Shown: positions 26,508 to 36,917, numbered from the stretch's first letter. The stretch is DNA of 64,000 bases from an uncultured Syntrophomonadaceae bacterium (GCA_964485855.1 CAZAKI010000004.1:2343-66342), one strand, 5' to 3'. Notes: generated by a model from the letters alone, not told the origin. Program-made: numbers and translations.

Positions 26508-27431
26508 TCAACACGTTACTAAAGATGGTGCCATTAACTTCAGGGCAGCTGGTTTTATCTCAATTTTCACCGGCAGCTTGCCAATTACTTCGCCATCAAT
26601 GTGAATTGGTACAGGATGATCGGCATCAATTTCAAGGCTGTTTACTTTCGTGGTGATTACCGCTGCATTATCAAGGTGCTTTCCAACTAAAGCCTGAAAA
26701 GCCAATAGCGTAGTTTCTGAACTGTTCTGTTTGCGAATGATAATCAGATCGAGCTGACCGTCATCAATTGAAGCATGCGGTGCGATATTAAAACCGCCTC
26801 CGTAGAAAGCTCCGTTGGCAATTGCCACAATTAAGGTATTCGGCTGTTCTATTTTCCAATTCCGGCAGTTTATTTCTGAACAAAAATCTTCAAATACTTT
26901 GAGTTCATTAAAAAAAGCGGCTACGTAAGCAGCATAGCCTTTAATTATTTTATATTTTTGCGAAGCCAAACTGGCAACCGCTGCATCGAAACCAATCCCT
27001 ACAACATTTAAAAAATAGCTGCCATTGATTAAACCCAAATCGATTAAGCGTGGTTCCCAAGAGCTTAATCCTCTGATTATTTCAGGCCATTGACCGGGAA
27101 GCGAACAGGCTCGCCTGAATCCGTTTCCGGTCCCTAGGGGCAATAAGGCAAAGATATTTTTATTAATATCGATTCCATTAACAACTTCCCGCAGGGTGCC
27201 GTCACCGCCGACTGCAACGATCAGTTCAGCACCGTCATCAACAGCTGTTTTTGCCATATTAATCCCGTCGCCAGAATGGCGTGTAAAATATACCTTATAG
27301 TGCTGATTTAAACGGTCCAGCTCCTCAGCAATAAGCGGCCATGCCTTGCCGGCATGACCGCCTCCGCTAGTTGGGTTGACGACAAAAGCAGTTTTATAAG
27401 GAATCTTTTTGATCGGTGCTGTTGCCTTCAT
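26508..27431 (-). CDS. Diacylglycerol kinase-family lipid kinase (YegS/BmrU/DagK-like)
   Basis: 307 aa. NPTSGGG…GGDGT motifs match the DAGK catalytic domain. Confidence 0.85.
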   Translation of the reverse strand: MKATAPIKKIPYKTAFVVNPTSGGGHAGKAWPLIAEELDRLNQHYKVYFTRHSGDGINMAKTAVDDGAELIVAVGGDGTLREVVNGIDINKNIFALLPLGTGNGFRRACSLPGQWPEIIRGLSSWEPRLIDLGLINGSYFLNVVGIGFDAAVASLASQKYKIIKGYAAYVAAFFNELKVFEDFCSEINCRNWKIEQPNTLIVAIANGAFYGGGFNIAPHASIDDGQLDLIIIRKQNSSETTLLAFQALVGKHLDNAAVITTKVNSLEIDADHPVPIHIDGEVIGKLPVKIEIKPAALKLMAPSLVTC

Positions 27432-27448
27432 TAGTTCAACTCAGGCCT

Positions 27449-28240
27449 TTATTTCTCTTTTTTATCCTGGGCGATTGATTCTCCTGATAACGGTAGCAAA
27501 TGCCGCAATTCAATCGGTAGGGGGAAAGCAATCAACGAACCCTGCTGACTGGCTATTTCGGGGAGGGTGCGCAGCAGGCGTACATAAAAACCGCCTTCCT
27601 CAGTATTAAGAATCCTTGCCGCCTCGGCAATTTTACCCGCAGCCTCTTTTTCTCCTTCAGCCTGAACAATAACTGCTCTTCTTTCCCTTTCAGCAGTTGC
27701 CTGTCTGGAGATTGCCTTTTGCAGGGATTCAGGAATTCCAACGTCTTTAATTTCTACCGCGGTAACCTTAATGCCCCATGGATCGGTTGCTTCATCCAGA
27801 ATGCTTTGGATCTTCATATTCAATTTATCTCTCTCTGAAAGCAGTTCATCCAGTTCAGCCTGACCGGCGACGCTGCGCAAGGTTGTCTGGGCCAATTGGG
27901 CAGTTGCCATCCGATAATCTTCGACATTGTTTACCGCACGGTTCGGATCTATTACCCGATAGTACACAACGGCATTAACATTGGTTGTCACGTTATCCCT
28001 GGTAATCACTTCCTGGGTTGGAACATCAAGGGTGATTATCCGCAGCGAGATCCTTAAAAAGCGATCAATAATCGGAATAACGAATACCAGACCGGGACCT
28101 TTTTCACCAATTAGGCGTCCAAGCCTGAAAACAACCAGTCTTTCGTATTCCCTGACTACTTTTATTGCCGATGTTACGAAAAAAAATAGAACAATAATAA
28201 TCGGAATCAGCAAGCCACTCCTAAAAATAAAATCTGTCAT
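27449..28240 (-). CDS. SPFH/band-7 (stomatin/prohibitin-like) membrane protein
   Basis: 263 aa with an N-terminal TM segment, an SPFH core, and a coiled-coil Ala/Glu-rich C-terminus. It lies downstream of nfeD. Confidence 0.85.
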   Translation of the reverse strand: MTDFIFRSGLLIPIIIVLFFFVTSAIKVVREYERLVVFRLGRLIGEKGPGLVFVIPIIDRFLRISLRIITLDVPTQEVITRDNVTTNVNAVVYYRVIDPNRAVNNVEDYRMATAQLAQTTLRSVAGQAELDELLSERDKLNMKIQSILDEATDPWGIKVTAVEIKDVGIPESLQKAISRQATAERERRAVIVQAEGEKEAAGKIAEAARILNTEEGGFYVRLLRTLPEIASQQGSLIAFPLPIELRHLLPLSGESIAQDKKEK

Positions 28241-28268
28241 CTGATCATTCCTCCTTACGAATTAATAA

Positions 28269-29633
28269 CTATTCATTTGTTTCAAAAGGCAATTTATGTT
28301 TTCCTTCAAGTGGTTTAACCCACAAAACCATATTTTCTGAACTAACCACTTCAACTTCAGCGCCAACTGCAATTTTTGCTTCGTTAACACTTTTAGCTCT
28401 CCACAGTTCACCCCTGGCCTTGATCATCCCTTCCGGATTGATCTCGCTGATTACTATCCCATTGTGCGGTGGATTAAAATAAACACTACCGCTAGTAAAG
28501 CGGCGACGGCTGTCGGCAATTCTCTGCACGACAAAAATAATGATGATCAACAAACCAATTACCGTTCCGATTACAGTAGCCAGGAAAGCAGAGTACCAAT
28601 CCCGGGCCATGAGCGGTTCAACCGGCAGCATTATCGCTCCAGCAATCATTGATATAGCGCCTCCTATACCGAGTATACCGAATCCGGCGGCAAAGATCTC
28701 GGCAATAATCAAAGCAATCCCCAACAATAGTAAAACAAAACCAGTTGTGTTTGTATCGAACAGCCCTATCCCATAAATACCCAACACAACAAGAATTAAG
28801 CCGCTTACTTCCGGTACAATTGTTCCGGGAGCGCTTAGACCAAAATAAATTCCAAGGATCCCGATGATTAAAACGAGAAAGGCAATTTGCGGGTCGCTTA
28901 ACCAGTTTTGCAGCCTCTCACCTAAATTCATATCATCTTTGAGAACCGCTGCATCTTCAGTTTTCAGTTCATAGGTACGTCCCTGTTTTTCGACCTTCAA
29001 GCCGTTTACCTTTAAAAGCAGTTCTTCGAGATCTGCTGCGAGATAATCGATAACTTCTAGTTCTAAAGCCTCACGCGAATCGAGAGTCAGGTTTTCGGTG
29101 ATAAATTGTTCTGCGATACTTACCGGTCTACCTTTTTCTCTGGCAATACTGCGCAGGTGCCCTGCATAAAAGTTGATTGTTTTCTGATCAGCCGATTCCG
29201 CACCTTCAGGTGAAAAGGTTATCGGCTGTGCAGCACCTACCGTAGTACCCGGAGCCATCAGGGCCAAATCTGCAGAGAGTAAGATGAATGCCCCCGCTGA
29301 TCCGGCAATGGCACCCGAAGGTGCAACATGAACCGCTATCGGTAAAGGGGCATTGAGAAATAGTTGGTTAATCTCTAAAGTTGCATCAACTAAGCCACCC
29401 GGTGTCGACATGATCAGCACAAAGAGCTGGGCGTCGGCTTCCAGTGCCAGATCTACTTGACGCTGTAAATAGTTATTCAAACCTGCTGTTACAGTTCCTT
29501 CCATCTCAACCACATAAACTGGCTTTTCCGCTGCGATCGCATCTGGGATGGCAACCAGAAAAAAGAAAACAAATAAAGCTAAAATAATTATTAGTATGAG
29601 ACTGGCATTTCTTAAGATCATTTTTATCTTCAT
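28269..29633 (-). CDS. NfeD-family membrane-bound ClpP-class serine protease (stomatin operon partner)
   Basis: N-terminal ClpP-like domain, multiple TM segments and a C-terminal OB-fold. The preferred start is the ATG at 29633 (MKIKMILRN…) after GAGGGA. The track start at 29696 would place an 18-bp palindrome inside the CDS. Confidence 0.75.
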   Translation of the reverse strand: MKIKMILRNASLILIIILALFVFFFLVAIPDAIAAEKPVYVVEMEGTVTAGLNNYLQRQVDLALEADAQLFVLIMSTPGGLVDATLEINQLFLNAPLPIAVHVAPSGAIAGSAGAFILLSADLALMAPGTTVGAAQPITFSPEGAESADQKTINFYAGHLRSIAREKGRPVSIAEQFITENLTLDSREALELEVIDYLAADLEELLLKVNGLKVEKQGRTYELKTEDAAVLKDDMNLGERLQNWLSDPQIAFLVLIIGILGIYFGLSAPGTIVPEVSGLILVVLGIYGIGLFDTNTTGFVLLLLGIALIIAEIFAAGFGILGIGGAISMIAGAIMLPVEPLMARDWYSAFLATVIGTVIGLLIIIIFVVQRIADSRRRFTSGSVYFNPPHNGIVISEINPEGMIKARGELWRAKSVNEAKIAVGAEVEVVSSENMVLWVKPLEGKHKLPFETNE

Positions 29634-29653
29634 CGGTTGTCCCTCGTATTGTT

Positions 29654-29671
29654 TAATTATGATCATAATTA
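29654..29671. promoter_or_regulatory. Perfect 18-bp palindrome TAATTATGATCATAATTA in the nfeD leader; candidate repressor (Rrf2?) operator
   Basis: The sequence is self-complementary as read. It lies between the divergent nfeD and Rrf2 genes, about 21 nt upstream of the preferred nfeD start. Confidence 0.4.
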
Positions 29672-29735
29672 TACTACAATTAAGAAGGCTTTTCAAATAT
29701 TAGAATAATCTTTCATAAATTTACAGCTTGCACTA

Positions 29736-29764
29736 TTGACCTCCTGCTTGCGCTGCTTTATAAT
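29736..29764 (+). promoter_or_regulatory. Near-consensus sigma-A promoter for the Rrf2 gene (TTGACC, 17 nt, TATAAT)
   Basis: TTGACC at 29736-29741, a 17-nt spacer, and TATAAT at 29759-29764, about 38 nt upstream of the ATG at 29802. Confidence 0.65.
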
Positions 29765-29801
29765 GTAACCATATTAGTTATATTTAACGGGGCTCTGAAT
29801 T

Positions 29802-30233
29802 ATGATAACCAAAAAAGCGGAATATGCCATAATTATTTTAACCGAGCTGGCCTCGCATCCTAAAGGTACTTCGGTGACCAGCAAAGAGATTGCTAGCAAT
29901 AGATCAATCCCCGTTAATTTGGTTGTTCAACTGCTTGCAGTGCTAAAAGGAGCGGGCTGGATTGCCGGTATGCGTGGTCCGTCAGGAGGAATTATCTTAA
30001 CCGCTAATCCTGAAGAGATCAATTTGAGGCAGGTAATCGAAGCTGTTGACGGGCCGATCGGCATAACCCGGTGTCTATTCAGCAGCTTACCCTGTCGTGA
30101 TCAAATCAATTGCCCGTTGAGGAACATTTGGTCAGAAGCGCAACAAGCAATGTTAAAAGTGCTGCAGAATGCTACGATTAGTGATTTGACACAACAACTG
30201 TCAGCCGGTAAACCTGATCTGAAATTTCGTTAA
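29802..30233 (+). CDS. Rrf2-family transcriptional regulator (IscR/CymR-like) with three Cys ligands
   Basis: 143 aa. N-terminal wHTH (KAEYAIIILTELASH…) and the C-x6-C-x5-C cluster-binding motif CLFSSLPCRDQINC. Confidence 0.85.
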   Translation: MITKKAEYAIIILTELASHPKGTSVTSKEIASNRSIPVNLVVQLLAVLKGAGWIAGMRGPSGGIILTANPEEINLRQVIEAVDGPIGITRCLFSSLPCRDQINCPLRNIWSEAQQAMLKVLQNATISDLTQQLSAGKPDLKFR

Positions 30234-30238
30234 GATGG

Positions 30239-30985
30239 TTAACTAGCTTTTATACGACCATCAACGCTGATAATAACCTCCTTTAGTGGTATATCGATCT
30301 TTGCTTCTGCTAATGCGGTTTTTACCAGTCTTGATAATCCAAAGCAGCAACCTACTTCCATATGGACAAGTGTTATGCTTTTTAAATTATTGGTTTTAAA
30401 GATCTCCACTAGTTTTTTATGGTAGATATTAGGATCATCAAGTTTGGGACAGCCGATAATCAAAGCTTTGCCTGCTAAAAATTGCCGGTGAAAATTGGCG
30501 TAAGCAAAAGGCACGCAATCAGCTGCTATAAGCAAGTCAGCCTCTTTTAGAAATCGAGACTGGGGTGACACCAGGTGCAACTGAATCGGCCAGTGGCTTA
30601 ATTCAGCTTCCATGACACTTTGCTCCTCAATTTTTACACCCGCGACTGCTTTTTCCTCATTATGCAGATTCATTTCCAGAGCACTACTGCAGCAGCTATC
30701 ACAAGTGGGCAACATCGAATCTACTGCACTTTTTTCGCGATCATCTAGATACTCTTCCACCGCTTCTTGATCAAAAGGCTCCGCTTCCCTCTCGATTATC
30801 GCGATGGCTCCCTGGGGGCATTCACCCAAGCAATTGCCAAGGCCATCGCAATATACTTCGCTGACTAATCTGGCTTTGCCATCGATCACTTTTAGGGCTC
30901 CTTCAGCGCAAGAAGGAACACACAGACCACAACCATCGCATTTTTCTTCGTCAATCGAGATAATCTTCCGCATTATTTTCTCCAT
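30239..30985 (-). CDS. Fe-S protein: N-terminal 2x[4Fe-4S] ferredoxin domain fused to a Cys-rich C-terminal domain of unknown function
   Basis: CDGCGLCVPSC and CDGLGNCLGEC ferredoxin motifs. The C-terminal 170 aa carry CDSCC and GCCFG cysteine clusters. Confidence 0.55.
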   Translation of the reverse strand: MEKIMRKIISIDEEKCDGCGLCVPSCAEGALKVIDGKARLVSEVYCDGLGNCLGECPQGAIAIIEREAEPFDQEAVEEYLDDREKSAVDSMLPTCDSCCSSALEMNLHNEEKAVAGVKIEEQSVMEAELSHWPIQLHLVSPQSRFLKEADLLIAADCVPFAYANFHRQFLAGKALIIGCPKLDDPNIYHKKLVEIFKTNNLKSITLVHMEVGCCFGLSRLVKTALAEAKIDIPLKEVIISVDGRIKAS

Positions 30986-31011
30986 CGCAAATGCTCCTAA
31001 CTTTTATCATT

Positions 31012-31608
31012 TTAGATACAAGATTTTTCTCCTGTTTTAATCGCTGATAGCAGTTTCATAACAATATTTCCAGCTTCATCAGTTGTCTTGTTGTTTTCAA
31101 GCTGCCGGATCAAAGTAACAGCATCTTTGACTACCGCTTGGGGCATCGAAAGTTTATCGCCAATTGCGGCAAGATATTGTTCCGGATTATCGATTAATGA
31201 CAATCGCTTCAGGGTTAGCACGAAGAAAGCAGTTAAAATTGGCGGTAAATCTACTTTTTTGGTGAGACAAAGAGAATCTGCTTCTTCGATTAGATGATTA
31301 ATCTGGGTTACAACCTCAGGATAAGACTTAGCTTTTACCTTAAACTCCTCTTCTAAGGCCAACCGGATCGATTTTGTCTTCAAACCCTTGGCGCCCGGAC
31401 CTAGACATTGTGCAGCATAAGAACACCACTGGGCACAGCCCATATCAAAGCGAGGATTAGCCACCCTCGTTTTACAGTTCGGGCAGCGCAACCGGATATC
31501 GGTTTTAAAAAATTCAATCATTTCTCCGCACTGTGGACACTTTTCCTCATAAACATCATCAGCTGTCCAGTATCTCATATCCTGCCCGGGACATTTTGTT
31601 GCAAACAT
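31012..31608 (-). CDS. Hypothetical protein with N-terminal CxxC…CxxC zinc-ribbon
   Basis: The preferred start is the ATG at 31608 (MFATKCPGQ…) after GGCGGTG. CPQCG/CPNC zinc-ribbon motifs are present. The track start at 31695 lies inside the ndk terminator. Confidence 0.45.
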   Translation of the reverse strand: MFATKCPGQDMRYWTADDVYEEKCPQCGEMIEFFKTDIRLRCPNCKTRVANPRFDMGCAQWCSYAAQCLGPGAKGLKTKSIRLALEEEFKVKAKSYPEVVTQINHLIEEADSLCLTKKVDLPPILTAFFVLTLKRLSLIDNPEQYLAAIGDKLSMPQAVVKDAVTLIRQLENNKTTDEAGNIVMKLLSAIKTGEKSCI

Positions 31609-31682
31609 GTTTAACACCGCCTTTTTATTACTAACCTTATTGGTTATATTTATTATAGCGCAGTTTTTTATTAATTGCAAAT

Positions 31683-31710
31683 AAAAAAGCGGCATATTGC
31701 CGCTTTTTTA
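31683..31710 (-). terminator. Rho-independent terminator downstream of ndk
   Basis: AAAAAAGCGGCAatatTGCCGCTTTTTTA: perfect stem with A/T runs on both sides. Confidence 0.75.
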
Positions 31711-31733
31711 TTTCCCGGTAAAGCTTTTTCTGA

Positions 31734-32192
31734 TTATTCGTAGAGACAGTGCTCACTGGCAAGTTGATATGAACATAACTCATCTTCTATAAAAAATAAA
31801 TCAATCTCTCGTTCCGCACTATCTAGTGAATCAGAGCCATGCACGATGTTCTTACCGGTAAAAATTGCAAGATCGCCGCGGATTGTTCCCGGTGAAGCCT
31901 GGCGTGGATCGGTTGCTCCAATCAAGGTACGGGCTATTTCTACAGAATCGTCACCTTCCCAAATCATCGCTACCACCGGTGCCGAGGTAATGAAATCAAT
32001 TAATCCATGATAAAAAGGTTTACCCTGGTGTTCACCGTAGTGTCTTGCTGCCATTTCAGGACTGATCTGCATCATTTTCATCGCTACCAATTTTAAGCCT
32101 TTGCTTTCCAGGCGATTAATAACGTTTCCAACTAAACTGCGTTGAACCCCGTCTGGTTTTACCATAATAAATGTTCTTTCCCGATTCTCCAT
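31734..32192 (-). CDS. ndk: Nucleoside diphosphate kinase
   Basis: [13 protein letters not shown]…NIVHGSDS motifs. The preferred start is the ATG at 32192 (MENRERTF…) after GGAGGA. The track ORF is extended upstream into speE. Confidence 0.9.
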   Translation of the reverse strand: MENRERTFIMVKPDGVQRSLVGNVINRLESKGLKLVAMKMMQISPEMAARHYGEHQGKPFYHGLIDFITSAPVVAMIWEGDDSVEIARTLIGATDPRQASPGTIRGDLAIFTGKNIVHGSDSLDSAEREIDLFFIEDELCSYQLASEHCLYE

Positions 32193-32211
32193 TACTTTCC
32201 TCCTCAGTAGA

Positions 32212-33126
32212 TCAGTAAATTGTAATGATGTTCTGATCATCAATAACTTTATTTTCTTCTGCCAAAAGCTTGCGGATATCCTTCGGCAGGGCAAAGATAC
32301 TTTTATACGTTTCACCATCAAAGTATTTTAAATTGATATTCCTTTCTTTGATCAGCAAATCAATTTTTTCCGGCGCCAATAAATAAGTTTGATCAATAGA
32401 AGCGACAATAAAGCCCCATTCGGTATTAAAAGACGGTACAAAAGCCCGGTACGATTGGACGAAAGGCATCACCTGGCGGATGGTATTATAAATTGAACTA
32501 TGGGCGTCAATGAATGGTAGGCCATAATCACCAGCCTGCAAGGCCAGCAATCCTTGTGGCGCAAGACGTTTTTTTACCAGTTCAAAATACTGCCTGGTAA
32601 ATAGCTTCAGTGCCGGACCAGACTCAACCGGTTCCGGAACATCACTGATGATCACATCGAAAAGTTGTTCTTTACTCTCAAGAAAATCCCTGGCATCCAT
32701 GTAGAACAGTTTCAGGCGCTGATCTTCAAAACTACCCTGATGCCAACTCGGCAGCAGCTCACGGCAGATATCGACCACCTGCTGATCAAGATCGACCATC
32801 ACAAGCTCTTCCACCAGCGAATGTTTTAGCACTTCGCGCAGGGTTGCACCCTCTCCACCACCAATTACCAGAACACGACGAGGCGCCGGGTTAAGCAGCA
32901 TTGCCGGTTGCACCAGTGCCTCGTGATAAATGTATTCATCGGATTCAGCCGATTGTATTTTACCATCCAGGATCAGGATCCGACCAAAAATATCAGTGTC
33001 GGCAACTTCAATCTGCTGATATTTAGTCTTCAGGCTTTTTAAAAAGTTTACAACCCCAAACATGTGAGCCGTGCCTGGCGAGGTATGTTCAATAAACCAC
33101 TTATGTTCCTCACTGGGCATAATCAA
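32212..33126 (-). CDS. speE: Polyamine aminopropyltransferase (spermidine synthase)
   Basis: 304 aa. [18 protein letters not shown] and a DxxD motif are typical of SpeE. Confidence 0.9.
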   Translation of the reverse strand: MIMPSEEHKWFIEHTSPGTAHMFGVVNFLKSLKTKYQQIEVADTDIFGRILILDGKIQSAESDEYIYHEALVQPAMLLNPAPRRVLVIGGGEGATLREVLKHSLVEELVMVDLDQQVVDICRELLPSWHQGSFEDQRLKLFYMDARDFLESKEQLFDVIISDVPEPVESGPALKLFTRQYFELVKKRLAPQGLLALQAGDYGLPFIDAHSSIYNTIRQVMPFVQSYRAFVPSFNTEWGFIVASIDQTYLLAPEKIDLLIKERNINLKYFDGETYKSIFALPKDIRKLLAEENKVIDDQNIITIY

Positions 33127-33143
33127 ACCTCCGTGTCTTAAAA

Positions 33144-33596
33144 CTAATAGTTAGCAACTGTCTTATGATCAAGATTAACATCAAAGATACCGCGCTTAAT
33201 TTCACGGGCTGACATATTGCGTGCAGAAAAAGCTTTTTTCAAGTAGTTGCACGACACCCATGGATCTACAGTTTGACCACAGGTGAACACGTCAACAGCG
33301 GCATAGCCGTACTCAGGCCAGGTGTGAATGGCCAGATGAGACTCTGAAATCACAACTACTCCACTAATACCCTGAGGACAAAACTGATGAAACACAGTTT
33401 CTCTCACCTCAGCCCCAGCTTCAATAGCGGCTTCTACCATGTGCTGTTTGATCAGATTCAGGTTACACAAATCATCTGAAGGACAGCCGTAAAACTCAGC
33501 CAGGATATGGCGGCCTAAAGCGCTCATCTTTAATATCTCCTCGTTCGAATATTTTTTCAGATGCAAAGTGTCAAAATACATTTTAACAAAATCCAA
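33144..33596 (-). CDS. speH: S-adenosylmethionine decarboxylase proenzyme (class 1A, SpeH type)
   Basis: 150 aa with the ES-H self-cleavage motif ([15 protein letters not shown]). Confidence 0.85.
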   Translation of the reverse strand: MDFVKMYFDTLHLKKYSNEEILKMSALGRHILAEFYGCPSDDLCNLNLIKQHMVEAAIEAGAEVRETVFHQFCPQGISGVVVISESHLAIHTWPEYGYAAVDVFTCGQTVDPWVSCNYLKKAFSARNMSAREIKRGIFDVNLDHKTVANY

Positions 33597-33700
33597 TTAA
33601 AAGTCAATCAGTTTTAAAGTCCAAAAACATTGCGAGATCTGTTCATTTTAAGCTAAAATAGATCTATAGTCCTGGCCAGTGAATCCGCAAGTGAAGGGTT

Positions 33701-35824
33701 GTGCAGATGAGCAATTTAAACTTTCTTTTTAAACCTCAACAGGTAGCAATTATTGGAGCATCAAAGTCTCCGCAAAAAATCGGCTACGCTATTCTAGAGA
33801 ATGTCTTAAAGAGTAACTATAGCGGTAAGATTTACCCGATTAATCCCAAAGAAACTGAAATTATGGACCTGAAGTGTTATTGCTCGATTAAAGAGATTGG
33901 CAATCCGGTCGAACTGGCAGTAATCTCTGTCCCGGCTCCGAAGGTCAATGAAGTTGCCCGAGAATGCGGTAAATCTGGAGTAAAGGGTTTAATAGTAATT
34001 ACTGCCGGTTTCAAAGAAATTGGCCGTGAAGGATTAAAACAGGAGCAAGAACTACTGGCAATATGCAAACAATTTAAGATGCGCATGCTCGGCCCAAATT
34101 GTGTCGGCCTGATGGATACTCACACTCCGCTCAATGCCTCTTTTGCCAGTGGTTTTCCCCAATCCGGCAATATCTCATTTATATCGCAGAGTGGTGCCAT
34201 GTTGGTATCAATTCTTGATTGGAGCTTTGAGATGGGACTCGGCTTTTCTAGCTTTATCAGTCTCGGTAATAAGGCTGACCTCAACGAAGTTGATTTTATT
34301 GAAAGCTGCGCTCAAGATCCGGAAACCAAGGTTATCCTATGCTATATCGAAGATGTAACCGACGGAAAGCGCTTTATCGAAGTCTGTTCAGAAGCCGCCC
34401 TGCTTAAACCGATCATCATCCTTAAATCCGGCACCAGCACAGCAGGTGCTCAGGCTGCCAGTTCTCATACCGGAGCCCTGGCCGGCAGTAACCGGGCTTA
34501 CGATGCTGCCTTTAAACAGTGCGGAGTGCTCCGGGCCGAAAGTATGAGCGAACTTTTTGACTTAGCCCGGGCCTTTTCCACGCAACCTTTACCTCGTCAG
34601 CCAAGGATTGCTATCGTCACCAATGCCGGTGGACCTGCGATTATTACTACTGATGCCGTTGAAAAAAATGGGCTGAAGATGGCCCGCTTCACCAAGGATA
34701 CAGTTGATCTACTGCGGGACAATCTACCTCCGGCCGCGAACATCTATAATCCGGTTGATATTATCGGTGATGCTCGCAATGATCGCTATCACTTTGCCCT
34801 TGAAGCTGTACTCAAAGATCAAAATGTAGATAGCGCCTTAGTCCTGCTATGCCCAGCAGCAGTAACTGAACCGGAGGAAACAGCCAAGACTATCGCCAGC
34901 TTAAGCAATTTTTACCGCGATAAACCAGTATTGGCGGTTTATATGGGTGGAAAAACTCTGGCCGCTGGAAAACGCTATCTTAATGATCATCAAATACCCG
35001 TATTTACTTTCCCCGAACCTTCAGTCCATGCGCTTAAAGGGATGCTCTCGTATTCAAAATATATTAATCGATCAAAACCAGGTGAAATAATCGCATTTGA
35101 CGATATTGACAGAAGTGCCGCTCAAAAGATTATTGACAGTGTGCTAGCCGATCGCCGGGTTGTCTTATTGGGTCACGAAGCATCTGCCCTGATGGCAGCC
35201 TACGGAATTTCGGTTAGCCGGAGTTTCTTGGCTAAAACTGAAAATGAAGCAGCCGATATCGCCGTTAAGGTAGGTCTCCCTGTAGCAATGAAAATTTCTT
35301 CACCACGCATTGCCCATAAAACTGATGTCGGTGGAGTCGAGATTGGCATCAATAGTGAAAACGAGGTTCGTAAAGCTTTCCGCCGCATCATGGAAAAAGT
35401 TTCTTACTACGTTCCGGATGCACCGGTTTACGGAATAGAAATCCAAAATATGGTAGATGAAGGCGTTGAAGTCATTGTTGGGATGTCTCGGGATATTCAG
35501 TTTGGCCCACTGGTAGTCTTTGGACTCGGCGGTATTTATGTCAATCTAATCGAGGATGTGACTTTCAGGCTTGCTTCAGCCCTTCGTTCCAAGGAAGAAG
35601 CAAAAAAGATGATCGCCGAAACAAAAGCTTACACCATGCTGAAAGGTTATCGGGGGAAAAAACCAGCTGATACTGAGGCATTAATCGATGCCATTCTGCG
35701 AACAGCAAGGCTGGTTAGCGATCTTGATTTTATTACCGAAATGGATATTAATCCGATTCGAGTTCATACCAAAGGGATTACAGCTTTAGATGTAAAAATC
35801 ACCATTGAACGAAAAGAACATTAA
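33701..35824 (+). CDS. Acetyl-CoA synthetase (ADP-forming), fused alpha/beta (NDP-forming acyl-CoA synthetase family)
   Basis: 707 aa. The N-terminus has a CoA-binding Rossmann and succinyl-CoA-synthetase-alpha-like domains (IAIIGASKSPQKIGY…). The C-terminus has an ATP-grasp. There is no GNAT domain. Confidence 0.85.
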   Translation: MQMSNLNFLFKPQQVAIIGASKSPQKIGYAILENVLKSNYSGKIYPINPKETEIMDLKCYCSIKEIGNPVELAVISVPAPKVNEVARECGKSGVKGLIVITAGFKEIGREGLKQEQELLAICKQFKMRMLGPNCVGLMDTHTPLNASFASGFPQSGNISFISQSGAMLVSILDWSFEMGLGFSSFISLGNKADLNEVDFIESCAQDPETKVILCYIEDVTDGKRFIEVCSEAALLKPIIILKSGTSTAGAQAASSHTGALAGSNRAYDAAFKQCGVLRAESMSELFDLARAFSTQPLPRQPRIAIVTNAGGPAIITTDAVEKNGLKMARFTKDTVDLLRDNLPPAANIYNPVDIIGDARNDRYHFALEAVLKDQNVDSALVLLCPAAVTEPEETAKTIASLSNFYRDKPVLAVYMGGKTLAAGKRYLNDHQIPVFTFPEPSVHALKGMLSYSKYINRSKPGEIIAFDDIDRSAAQKIIDSVLADRRVVLLGHEASALMAAYGISVSRSFLAKTENEAADIAVKVGLPVAMKISSPRIAHKTDVGGVEIGINSENEVRKAFRRIMEKVSYYVPDAPVYGIEIQNMVDEGVEVIVGMSRDIQFGPLVVFGLGGIYVNLIEDVTFRLASALRSKEEAKKMIAETKAYTMLKGYRGKKPADTEALIDAILRTARLVSDLDFITEMDINPIRVHTKGITALDVKITIERKEH

Positions 35825-35842
35825 AAGCGGGGTGAATTAAAG

Positions 35843-36907
35843 ATGAAGGCGATTTATTTTTCAGGCAAAGCCGGCGGCGGAAAAACAGCAGCTGCCTTGG
35901 GGCTGGGGATGAAAATGATGAGTAAAGGGTTGAAAGTCACTTACTTCAAGCCGCTGGGTTTTCGCAAAGGAACGATTAAGAAGGATGACGATGATGTTCA
36001 ACTAATGAGAGAAATATTTAAACTCCCATTTTCCAGCAATGTTATTTCGCCGATCACGGTTAATGCGCATTATCTGACCGCACATTTTATTAATGAACAA
36101 CAAAACCTGATGCCTCTGATTATGAAGGCTTTTGAGCAATGCACTGAAGGCTATGATCTGGTATTGATTGACGGTAGCATTGAACCTTTTGTCGGCAGTA
36201 ACATTGGGTTAGATGATTTTAGACTCGCTGCTGAGTTTGGAGCTGCAGTAATCCCGGTGATCAGAGCGGATAATGACTTTCAGCTTGACGAAAATATTCT
36301 GTACCTAGACCTCTGGTCAAAAAGCAAGGTCGAACTAATTGGTTGTATCTTTAACAATGTAACCCAGGTTCAATGGAATAAGAGCAGCAGCATTTACAAA
36401 CCGCTCTTTGAAAAAAAAGGTTTTCCGGTCATCGGGGTAATTCCTCGGCGTATCGAAATATCATCACCGACAGTGGCCGAATTCTATGAAGCCTTACATG
36501 GTGAGTTGCTCGCTGCTCCCGATAATCTTAACCGCCTGGTTGAAGAAGTAGTGATCGGCACAATGACCATTGAAAGCGCCCTCGGCTATTTACGCCGGGC
36601 TCCGAACAAGGCATTGATCACCGGTGGAGATCGCAGCGATATGGCCCTAACTGCCTTAGAGACCAGCACCTCGGTCATTATTTTTACCGGCGGCCTTTAT
36701 CCTGACGTACGAGTCTTATCTCAAGCTGAAGAAAAGGGAGTCCCCGTTATACTGGTTCACGAGGACACCTATTCAACCGTTGAAAACCTACAAAGTGTTT
36801 ATCGCAGCATTCATCCGCAGAATAAAGAAGCAATTGATATTGTTGAAAAAAGCATCGAAGATAATGTTGACTGGAAAAAAGTTTACGACTATGTCAAAAG
36901 TAGCTAA
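35843..36907 (+). CDS. P-loop/DRTGG-domain protein resembling the N-terminal regulatory domain of phosphotransacetylase (BioD/CobQ-like fold)
   Basis: 354 aa. N-terminal YFSGKAGGGKT P-loop-like segment and a C-terminal DRTGG-type region (ITGGDRSDM…). It begins 19 nt downstream of the acetyl-CoA synthetase stop. Confidence 0.65.
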   Translation: MKAIYFSGKAGGGKTAAALGLGMKMMSKGLKVTYFKPLGFRKGTIKKDDDDVQLMREIFKLPFSSNVISPITVNAHYLTAHFINEQQNLMPLIMKAFEQCTEGYDLVLIDGSIEPFVGSNIGLDDFRLAAEFGAAVIPVIRADNDFQLDENILYLDLWSKSKVELIGCIFNNVTQVQWNKSSSIYKPLFEKKGFPVIGVIPRRIEISSPTVAEFYEALHGELLAAPDNLNRLVEEVVIGTMTIESALGYLRRAPNKALITGGDRSDMALTALETSTSVIIFTGGLYPDVRVLSQAEEKGVPVILVHEDTYSTVENLQSVYRSIHPQNKEAIDIVEKSIEDNVDWKKVYDYVKSS

Positions 36908-36917
36908 ATCATCGTTT

